From: Priapulus caudatus | Lineage: Eukaryota | NCBI RefSeq assembly: GCF_000485595.1 | Contig: NW_014577073.1 | Span: 631,420-678,469 of the forward strand | Length of the DNA stretch: 47,050 bases | Direction of reading: 5' to 3' | Part shown: positions 1 through 10,561 of the stretch, piece after piece | Numbering within the stretch: the stretch's first letter is position 1 | How the letters are laid out: each line of letters opens with the position of its first letter | Position numbers and translations under genes: made by a program | Notes under the pieces: generated by a model | What the model saw: only the letters and a program-made list of their open reading frames with translations | Told to the model about the DNA's origin: nothing | Database searches by the model: none

Positions 1-434
1 GCAATGATTCAACAAAATGCTACATAAATTACAAACATCACACATTTGAAATCAGTAATTAAATGATAGAATGACTTAACAACACATATGTAACGTGACG
101 ACTAGTATATGAATTATACACACGCACTAATAATTTCTCTACCTATAAGTTTGCTTCTAACTGATTTCTGGATGGTTGATGTTTGGCTCAATTCCTTTGG
201 CACAAGTCGTTTCTTCTTTCTGAGGACTGGGACAACTGTCACATCAGATTCTGGACGGCTCCTTTTTTTCAGTTTATACACCGGTGTGCTAGTCCTAAAA
301 CAGGCACATACAAAAATATTTTACATATAGTAATGCGTCTCTACAGATTTTTTAAGATAATATTAATGAAAATGTCATTGTTTAAACCAGACAAACTGAG
401 ACTTTTACATATCTTTCTTCTTGATGGATATAAC

Positions 435-452
435 CAGGAGTGAATAATAGAG

Positions 453-490
<38 letters not shown>

Positions 491-510
491 GTCTCTATTA
501 TTCACTCCTG
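435..510. repeat. 76-bp foldback element: 19-bp perfect inverted arms around an (AAT)n loop
   Basis: caggagtgaataatagaga (435-453) is the exact reverse complement of tctctattattcactcctg (492-510). Confidence 0.8.
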
Positions 511-856
511 ATATAATTATACAGAGATAGATCTAGCTTTCAGGAGACGGGGGCGATATTTGAGTGAGGGCGTACCGAAGGCATGCGGTGCTAGAGTGGT
601 CCGATATCATGCCCCCCCTCCCGCCTGGAAAATTTAGACAGCTGTGTGGTCGCAGAGGAAGTCCCCATGCAGTTTCTATCAACCCAACAGAGTGACTTTT
701 TATTTTTGGCTCCATTTTACTAGCATCATAGCATTAATCAGTGGCTGAACGGGTTTCAACCCCGCCCCAACCCCCCTCTATATCCACCACTGATATATGT
801 AAATTACAAGACCCACAATGCTGAAATAATGGTGAAGCCTGTCAAGTAAATCTTAC

Positions 857-1210
857 CGTTGTGGGGATGTAAGAACAGAAACGCTTCCGTCCTCGCAATA
901 ATCAAAGATGCGGCTCCCTTCCGTGTTGCATGTGGTGCTGCTATGGCATGCCTCGTTAGCCTCCTCGCTATGTATTGTGAGAGCTCATTGTTCTCTTCAT
1001 CATTTTCATCATCAACAGCATTCTGGTCGAAGTCAGCCAGTTCTTGATGAACTATTATTTCATCACGGTTGTTCAATTCACGTTTCAAGATGTCAAGGAA
1101 GCCTGCCTTCGAGTTGTCTGCCGAAAGTCGCTGGCAAAGGCCATTCTTGTTTTTCACGAAATTTGCCACATCAAGTGTTCTGGCGAATGATTCGAAGACT
1201 GGAAAGTAAA
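857..1210 (-). CDS. Probable exon of an unidentified gene (acidic segment), possibly frameshifted
   Basis: Acceptor tttcttttgtag| at 1211 and donor |GTAAGA at 856. Open frame YFPVFESFARTLDVANFVKNK...DDENDEENNE. A further basic candidate exon lies at ~143-294 (KLKKRSRPE...RKKKRL). Phases only join if a frameshift near ~980 is assumed. Confidence 0.35.
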
Positions 1211-1592
1211 CTACAAAAGAAATAATGAGCTACTACACAGACAGTATAATTACATAATCTTCTTATAATTATAATTATATTGTGACTGGTATCATTTATC
1301 TGCATATTGAATCAAGATACATTGTATATTTGTAGCTGAAGTAAATCCTAAACGTAGTTTAGTTGGGTTGCATTATAAGCAGTTTACAAAAGACGGCAAT
1401 CCCACGGGCGCTCGTGTCTAGGGACCCATCACCAATTAAACAGGACAATAATTAAGGATACGTTTAGGGTTACGGACGGGTAACACTGTAAACGGCATTG
1501 CAACATAACTGCTCATCAAATTCAATCTAATATTCATTACATAAGAGACATGTCTCTCTACGCTCTCGATGAACAGAATTTTTTACATAAAA

Positions 1593-1596
<4 letters not shown>

Positions 1597-1659
<63 letters not shown>

Positions 1660-1755
1660 ACGTGCGTGCCTGCGCTTGTGCCAGCGTGCGTGCCTGTGTG
1701 TGTGCGTGCGTGCCTGCGTGCCGCTCCGTGCATGTGTGCGTGCGTGCGTGCGCGT
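1597..1755. repeat. (TG)n microsatellite with a TGCG tail
   Basis: Directly visible. Confidence 0.9.
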
Positions 1756-1895
1756 TTGGGTGCACGTTCGCGTGTGCCAGTGCCAGTGGATGCACACATA
1801 CCCACGCGTGCGCACTATAGATACAATTCCGCTTTATTCACATTGACGCCGGCCGTGTACGAGCAACGAAAATGGTGAAGCGTGCTGCCAGCTTT

Positions 1896-3022
1896 AGTCA
1901 CTTCCTTTGGGCGACAGGTCGCCGACGTGTCCGCGCCCTATCCCCCCGGGGGGCACTCCCATTGTTAAAGGTACTGGGGACGTGCCGCTGTACAGGGTAT
2001 ATTTTCCGAACATCATTATTGGCACAGGGTATATTTTCCGAACATCATTATTGGCACAGGGTATATTTTCCGAACATCATTATTGGCACAAGGTTATCTA
2101 GATACCCACTCATCAAGCTGATATTGGCAAAACAATATTGGGCCAATATCACCAGGCCAAAATTGGACCAATATAGGCAGATATTGGTCCAATATCGGCC
2201 CAATATTGGCAAAACAATATTGGGCCAATATCACCAGGGTAATATTGGACCAATATCTGCCTATATTGACAGGAGGACAGGACATACCCGAAGTGTGCAA
2301 TATTGCAACAGGGTATACTTTTTAGTGCAGTATATTGGGACAGGGTGTATAAAAGGGCGCAAAGCGGGTTGCGACAGGGTCAGGTTTTCAAGGTCCCCGA
2401 GGCACCCTCTTACCCAGTTCCGAGGCGAGTGCCCCCCCCCGTGCCCTATCCCTGCACATTGGTATGGCAATGGATCTTCAGCAGAGCAGTGCCACCACAT
2501 TGAAGTAACGAGAGTGCATTTTTCGATGCTTACCTTCTCTAGGCATTCCACCCTCTAAATTAAATGCTTAAAGTCGGCCCTAAGTCATTTCCTTTAGGCA
2601 ACTGGTCGCCGACGTGTCCGCGCCCTATCCCTGTACATTGGTATAGCAAGGGACCTTCGGCAGCGCAGTGCCATCATATTGAAGTAGCGAGGGTGCATTT
2701 TTCGATGCGCACCTTCTCTAGGCATGCCACCCTCTAAATTAAATGCTTAACGTTGGCACTAAGTCATTTTCTTTGGGCGACAGGTCGCCGACGTGTCAGC
2801 GCCCTATCCCTGTACATTGGTATAGCAAGGGATTTTCGGCAGAGCAGTGCCATCATATTGAAGTAGCGTGGGTGCATTTTTTGATGCGCACCTTCTCTAG
2901 GCATGCCACCTTCTAAATTAAATGCTTAACGTCGGCACTAAGTCATTTCCTTTGGGCGACAGGTCGTCACCGACGTGTCAGCGCCCTATCCCTGTACATT
3001 GGTATAGCAAGGAACCTTCGGC
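1896..3022. repeat. ~179-bp tandem repeat, about 3.5 units, first unit interrupted by a MITE
   Basis: The unit gtcatttcctttgggcgacaggtcgccgacgtgt...gccctatccctgtacattggtatagcaagg recurs at ~1897, 2584, 2763 and 2942. Confidence 0.85.
1944..2441. mobile_element. Non-autonomous DNA transposon (MITE), ~500 bp
   Basis: Termini cggggggcactc and gagtgcccccccccg are inverted repeats, with gccctatcc duplicated on both flanks. Inside are three 31-bp repeats (cagggtatattttccgaacatcattattggca) and ccaatattgg-rich repeats. Confidence 0.7.
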
Positions 3023-3674
3023 ATTTTGTTCCCATTATACTTGCCACATCGACAAATGTTTTCGAATTCATCCTATCTAGATTTGAGCTACCGCTACGTC
3101 TTTGAATCTCACCGAATGTTCCACTGAATTTATTATCTACCCTGTCTCTCTATTACATTGACATATGCTCAACTTTTCAGATTTCCCTCAGGGTAGGTAA
3201 ATTAATGTATTTGCTGCATCTCTTTTCGTGCAACTCTGTTGCGTGTTGAAATAATCAATATATGTATTTGAAAAGGTATTTTGCATATATCATTGCGCAC
3301 GTATTTCTTCTTTTGTTGGCCGACAATTTTTATTAGGAACGTGTCTAAAGTTATATAATGGCTATAAATAGAGAAATGTAGTTCACGTCATAGGATTTCG
3401 TGTTACAAATATTTTCCTAGATACGATATGTCTGTAACGTGCGGTATGATTGTAGTTAGAACATTTTGTGTCAATTATAATAATTGCAGTCGGCAATGTT
3501 AGATAGCCTATATATATTTTCTCTTGAAATATCTGAGAACAGAATTTGTACCACGTCACACGGAGTTAATAATTAAAGCTCAAGGCCCTGCTTTATTCAC
3601 ACCAAAATCAAAACACGAAAAACTCGGTGAATTGTGTACATCAACTGTCATTTTCCACTGTGAAATAGTAATTT

Positions 3675-5255
3675 TTAGATATATGATGCCTCTGGCGGGT
3701 CGACGATCACAAGTGCTGCTCCTTCAAATGATCTGAACGTTGTAACTATTTGAGCAGTCCCAACCTCGGTTGCGTCACCTTCGAGTACGACACCCGTAGC
3801 ATTGTTGAATGATATGACATCCTCGCCGCAGGATGGTCCAACCCATTGGTTTGTCGTTGCAGACATCACGTAGCGGGAAAACTCGTCTGGGGTTTTATTT
3901 CTGAACGAGCAGTCCCGGAAAGCAAGCAGAGAGTCCCTACAGGTGAGAGTAGGGAACTCTCTGCATGCTTCTTCCCACGTTCGTATCTTCAGTAGTTGTA
4001 ACAACTTCACCTGAATTATCTGTTAAAATACAGCACAACAACTCTTCACAATACGTGTATAAACGTAAGTTCTAAATGATTTTAAGTGACGTGAGTCTTA
4101 AAAATGATATATAAAGACTGAAACAAGGTAGACATGGAGAAAACCAAAAAACACACATTAACAGACTAATCAAAATCTACAAATAATTAACAGCCTTTAA
4201 TTTCAGTCAATTTCTAGTATTTAAACAACCAACCTGCAGCTTCTTTATTGTTTCTGTTTCTTTCGTCATCTGCTTGATGGTCATTTCCCCATTCTTTACT
4301 TCTTCCCAGATGTCTCTCATCGCACCTTCATCCAATCCTAGAACAAATCTAAAGGTGCTGAACGGGATGTCTCTCTTGGTCTCCAAACCAGTTACCTCTT
4401 TCTGACCGCTCAGTTTCCCTTCTTCGTACATTTCCATAGCCTCGTCGAAAACTTGAAACGTTTCGTTCGACATGCACGCAAGGTATGTCATAATGTCTAA
4501 CGCATGCCCTTTCTATATAACAAATAATGGAATATAGAAACAATCAGCATTGCATTTGTTTATTAAAATTGACGGCTTACATATTCCAATATTACGCAGG
4601 TATTTACTTGATCATTATTTGAAAATTAGCAGGAACCGCTAAGAATCTTTACAGCACAGAATATAACACATCGTGCTCTACTATGACTAACTATGAATGT
4701 ACCCAAATGAGCCAATTGTTGCACCAAACGTCATCATATAGTTCATTTCATACCTTTTCATTCAGTATTGTTCGGCAGCACTCCTTCCAACTCAAATAAC
4801 TGTCTCGCCCCCCTGACGTGCGCTGTTCTATTTGCCATGTATGACAGAATCTAACCTAAAAAAATAACACATGACATGATATAGATATTAAAACAGTGTT
4901 TGAGAGTTGTTGCATACAAGCTTAAAATTTACTATTGTGTTTATTTACTGTATGTGATACTCGGGTACTTATCTATACGTTTTTTGTTGTTGCTTTATTA
5001 ATGAAATGTTGGCTTTAGTACATTACGTATGTGATGCTCAGATTTTTATAATACCTTGTCAAGGAACGTCATTTTATGGCGATTCCCTCCGGTCTGGTTA
5101 TGTCTGTTGGCTAACCACATGGACTCTACAGATGTCAACGCTCCATAAACCACGCAGAATAGTTTATTGTAATTGTCCCCATCAGCCGCGTTTATTTCTC
5201 TCGCCGCTGTTACCAGGTGCTGGCCTCCAATCACTTGATAGCTGTAGCCATTGAC
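3675..5255 (-). CDS. Spliced gene fragment: ParB-like domain plus the N-terminal part of an N6/N4 DNA-methyltransferase-like segment; join(5055-5255,4754-4855,4234-4512,3675-4019); 5' incomplete, possibly truncated or a pseudogene
   Basis: Four stop-free exons joined by phase-0 GT-AG introns, 308 aa to TAA at 3675. YQVIGGQHLVTAAREI...CVVYGALTSVESMWLANRHNQ...MTFLDKV resembles the ParB/Srx N-terminal pattern. The end VVLEGDATEV...AALVIVDPPE resembles the GD...DLIxTDPPY start of beta-class amino-methyltransferases. The family call is by eye only. Confidence 0.6.
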
Positions 5256-5455
5256 CTACAAATATGGGATCGCATACGTTTTCACAAATAATGATACTAA
5301 ATATAAAATACATTTCAATTCGTTTTATCAATGCAATTTATTTACTGCTATCTAAACTGGTTTTTCCACCTGCTTTGTTGCGACAAACGTGTTACCTGCA
5401 TGAACTCAATTGACTTATTGGAGTAGAACACAGCAGTGGTATAGCATAGTACACA

Positions 5456-7750
5456 CACGGTTGTTCAATTCAACGTTTCAAGAGTAAAGGAAGCCTTGCC
5501 TTCGAGTGTTGCCGAAAGTCGCTGGAAAGGCCCAATTCTTGTTTTTCAAGCGAATTTGCCACATCAAGTGTTCTTGCGAATGATTCGAAGACTGGAAAGT
5601 AAACTAACAAAGAAAATAATGAGCGCTACTAGCACAGACAAGTAATACATTACATAATCTCTTATAATTATAATTATAATATTGTGACTCGTATCATTTA
5701 TCTGCATATTGAATCAAGATACATTGTATATTTGTAGTGGCTGAAAGTAAATCCTAAACGTAAGTTTACGTTGGTTGCATTATAAGCAGTTACAAAAGAA
5801 CGCAATCCACACGGCGGCTCGTGATCTAGGGACCCATCCCCATTAAACAGGACAATAAATTAAGGATACTGTTTAAGGGTTAGACAGGTAACACTGTAAA
5901 CGGCATTGCCAACATAACTGCTCCATCAAAAATTCAATCTAACTATTCATTACATAAGAGACATGTCTCTCTACGCTCTCGATGAAACAGAATTTTTTAC
6001 ATAAAATTTCTGTGTGTGTTGTGTAATATATTGTAGTGTGATCGTAATTCGTTAGCTCGCTGGCACTGTGTATTACTGCGTGCCTGCCGCTTGTGCCACG
6101 TGCGTGCCTGATAGATGTAGGGAATGTAGTGCGTGCCGCATCCGTGCATGTGTGCTGCGTGCGTGCGCATTGGGTGCACGTCGCGTGTGCCAGTGCCAGT
6201 GGATGAATACCCACCGTGCGCACCTATAAGAAATACAATTCCGCTTTAATTCACATTGAACGGCCGGCCGTGTACGAGCAACGAAAAAATGGTGAAGGCC
6301 GTGCTGGCCAGCTTTAGTCCTTCCTTTGGCGACAGGTCCGCCGACCGTTTGTCCGCGCCCTATCCCCCCGGGGGGCCTCCATTTGATTAAGGTACTGGAG
6401 GACGTGCGCTGTAAACAGGTTAATTTTTTCGAATTATATATTGCACAGGGTATATTTCCGGAACATCATTATGGCACAAGTATCTAGATACCCACTCATC
6501 AAGCTGATATTGCAAACAATATTGGGCCAATCTGCACCCAAGGCCTAAAATTGGACCCAATATAGGCAGATATTGGTCGCAATATCGCCCAATATTGGCA
6601 AAACAATAATTGGGCCGCGGGCTAAAATATCACCCAGGGTAATATTGGACCAATATCTGCCTAATTGACAGAGGACAGGACATACCCGAAAGTGTGCCAA
6701 TATTGCAAACAAGGGTAATACTTTTTAGTGCAGTTAAAATTATTGGGACAAGGTGTATAAAAGGGCGCAAAGCGGTTGCGACAGGGTCAGGTTTCCAGGT
6801 CCGCCCGAGGCACCTCTTCTTACCCAGTTCCGAGGCGAGTGCCCCCCGTGCCCTATCCCTGCACATTGGTATGGCAATGACTTCACGGCAGAGCAGTGCC
6901 ACCACATTGAAGTAACGAGAGTGCATTTTTCGATGCTACCTCTCTAGCATTCCACCGCTCTTAAATTGAAATGCTTAAAGTCGGCCCTAAAGTCATTTCC
7001 TTTGCAAACTGGTGCGCCGACGTTTCCGCGCCTTATCCCTGTACATTGGTATAGCAAGGGACCTTCGGCAGCGGCAGTGCGCATGCATATTTGAAAGTAG
7101 CGAGGTCATTTTTCGAAATGCGCACCTTCTCTAGGCATGCCAACCTCTAAATTCAATGGCTTAACGTTGGCACTAAGTCATTTTTCTTTGGGCGACAGAG
7201 TCGCCGAGTGTCAGCGCCTATCCGCTGTTACATTGGTATAGCAAGAACCTTCGGCATTTTGTTCCCATTATACTTGCCGAGCAAGTCGACAAATTTTTCG
7301 AATTCATCTATCTAGATTGAGCTAGCCGCTAACGCTCTTTGAATCTCACTGAATGTTCGCACTGGATTTATTATCATACCCTGTCTCTCTATTACATTGA
7401 CATATTGCTCACTTTCAGAATTTCCCTCAGGGTAGGTACAATTAAATGTATTTCTGCATCTCTTTTCGTCTGGCAAGCTCTGTTTGCGTGTGAAAATAAT
7501 CAAAATATGTATTTTGAAAAGGTATTTTTTTCATATATCATTGCGCCAACGTATTTCTTCTTTTGTTGGCCGACATATTTTATTAGGACGTTCTAAGTTA
7601 TATATGCTATAAATGGAGAAATGTAAGTTTCATTAGGATTCGTGTTAGCAAATATTTGTCTAGATACGATATGTCTGTAACGTGGGCGTATGATTGTAGT
7701 TAGAACATTTTGTGTCATTATATATAATTGCAGTCCGCAATGTTAGATAG

Positions 7751-7755
<5 letters not shown>
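5456..7755 (+). repeat. Indel-rich duplicate of ~1065-3515, probable low-accuracy long-read gap fill
   Basis: Collinear with 1065-3515 but with dense 1-2 bp indels and one fewer 179-bp unit; it ends shortly before an N-gap. Confidence 0.85.
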
Positions 7756-7786
<31 letters not shown>

Positions 7787-8228
7787 ATTTATATAAATAA
7801 CATATATTTAAAAAAAAATATCTACTATATATATTATAACCGTAAAAACAGGACAGCAGTAATGATCCTAATTTTCGTAATTGTGTCTTTTATTCCGGTT
7901 TCTTTTTGTTAAACAGGAAATGAAAACTACGGCGCATTATGGAATATAAATGCCGATGCGATGCGCCGCGCTGTATGTATGTNNNNNNNNNNNNNNNNNN
8001 NNNNNNNNNNNNNNNNNNNNNNNNNNNNNNNNNNNNNNNNNNNNNNNNNNNNNNNNNNNNNNNNNNNNNNNNNNNNNNNNNNNNNNNNNNNNNNNNNNNN
8101 NNNNNNNNNNNNNNNNNNNNNNNNNNNNNNNNNNNNNNNNNNNNNNNNNNNNNNNNNNNNNNNNNNNNNNNNNNNNNNNNNNNNNNNNNNNNNNNNNNNN
8201 NNNNNNNNNNNNNNNNNNNNNNNNNNNN

Positions 8229-8685
8229 GCGAGCGAGAAGAGAAGTGAGCGAGAGAGAGGAAGAGATGGCGAGAGAGCGAGAGAAGAGTGGAGTGACGAG
8301 AGAGAGAGAGAGAGTGAGAGAGGGCGAGAGAAACGACGTGAGAGAGACGAGTAGAGAGAGAGCGAGAGAGAGAGAGAGAAGCGAGCGAGCGAGCGGATGG
8401 ATGGCAGGCCGTAGAAGATGGATGGCTGCGAGCTTCTAATTCAACTTGGGGCGGTGCCGGATTTCGCAGGCGGCGCTATCGAAGACAAACTTAATGAAGG
8501 CGGCAGTGCAGGCGACTGATATCTATGAGAGAGGCGGAAGAGAGGAAGAGAGAGAGGCGAGGAGGAAGAGAGAGCGCAGAACCGACAAAGCAGGAGACGA
8601 CCGCACCCCCGACCGAGGAAGAGAGAGACGACAGAACAGCAGGCACGACGAGACACAAGAGACGGGCGCGAGCACAAAACGCGAC

Positions 8686-8716
<31 letters not shown>

Positions 8717-8735
8717 CAACGAAAGAGAGAGAGGG
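8229..8735. repeat. Noisy (GA)n purine-rich tract
   Basis: Directly visible; follows an N-gap. Confidence 0.85.
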
Positions 8736-9214
8736 CGACCCGCGCACACACCCAGCTCTTAAATCCCAGAGCGTACCAGCTAAGCTGAGATTAAACGTGC
8801 ACCAACTCAAATCAAAAATTCCGTGGCAAGATACAAGCTAGCTATCTTTCAATCGTAATCTCAACGAATGTCATCTTAAAAACTATGCATTCACTTACAA
8901 TGCAACATTAAATCAGTCGTTCGATACATGAACTGTTGCTACAACTGGCTGAATATGCTTTCATCTGGAAAACTCTTGGCATGTCAGCTTTTCAAGCCCG
9001 GCCAGGAACAACGTCATCTATGTTTTCTCACTGACTCTGTAGCTTCAGTGCATTAATACTGATCTTAAATGTACCTAGGAATAGAAAAGACACCTACCTA
9101 ATGCAATGATTCCAACACACAATGGCTACACTGAATTACAGCAAACTCACCACACACACACACACAGCATCACACTGTACGTAGTCGGTACGGTACGTAG
9201 TTCGAGTGTTAGTG

Positions 9215-9421
<207 letters not shown>

Positions 9422-10243
9422 GGGGTCTGCGTGTGTGCGTGAATGCATGCGCCGCGTATGTGTACGTTTAATAATGGCCAACCTCAAAACCACAAATAAT
9501 ATAACGTATTCGTAAAAAGCAATACAAGCATAATAAAACATAAGTATGGAAATGTACTATGTGGCAATATGACGCTCCTAAGGGGCAATACTGTTGTTTT
9601 TCTGATAGAGTTGGTGTTTTTATCATAATCTTTCGTAAATGAGCATCGCATGTAATGAGTTATTCGTCTTACCAACACTATGTGCGATCAACGGCAATAG
9701 TTTAAACATCGTTAATTCATAATATTATAACATAATATGACGTCAGGCGTTGTGCTTTATATGGTCAATATTATAATAAAGCAGTTTTACGTAATTCTAC
9801 CCGGAAAATCTTCCGTTTTTTCTGATTACATAATAAATTAAGCATTTTCGTAGGCTCCTTTTTTTATCAGTATTCTACATACTATTTACGGGTATTGATT
9901 TCTAAGAAGCGTTGAGTCTGTTTCGATAATGTGATTCGTCTACCTTGCTGTTCACACAAATATGAATGAATACTTAGATATTTATTAGACCAGGCATGCG
10001 CCTCGTGCAAGCTTGCGTGCGCTGCGTGCGCATCGTCTACGCGTATATAGTTTATATTATACGATACTAGCTATTCCATCATGTGTCTCTGCTCGCTCTG
10101 CATTTCATACGCGACTCCCACTAACAATTCCACGCGCTTACAGTATGACATCTTCTCGCAACACGATTACCGACCATTGCAACGTGACCCATCGTGCGTT
10201 GGCGCTCGCACGCGCGCGACTCCGCCGTCGCCATCTTTGCTTC

Positions 10244-10561
10244 TCAGAAGTAGCGCGCATCCTGCTTGTAGCCGACGTCGCCGCCGTAGTTGTCGTACTC
10301 CTGTCGGCTCGACCCGCGCGAGTATTCCGGCTGCGATGATTGGTAGGGGGCGCGCATTTGCTCGTAGCGGGCATCGGCCGATTGCCGCTTGTCGTCGGCC
10401 GGCAACACGTCCTCGTACTCAGCGTGCGTATTCGCCAGCACCGACGCGTGCTTGGCGTTGGTTTCGACATCGCCGTCGTCGTCGTCGTCGCGTTTGTCTT
10501 CGATGGCTTCCAGAAGGCGATGCTTGTGGTTTTCCTTGAAGCAGTCGAGGCAGAAGTAACC
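10244..10561 (-). CDS. PLPPR-like terminal exon: cytoplasmic tail
   Basis: ctcttcgcgcag|GYFCLDCFKENHK...KQDARYF, stop TGA. Minus-strand AATAAA at 9981-9986. Confidence 0.82.
   Translation of the reverse strand, partial: GYFCLDCFKENHKHRLLEAIEDKRDDDDDGDVETNAKHASVLANTHAEYEDVLPADDKRQSADARYEQMRAPYQSSQPEYSRGSSRQEYDNYGGDVGYKQDARYF

Noticed and set aside
1872..2558. 228-aa plus-strand ORF
   Set aside because: It runs through the MITE's internal repeats and gives a repetitive translation with no domain.
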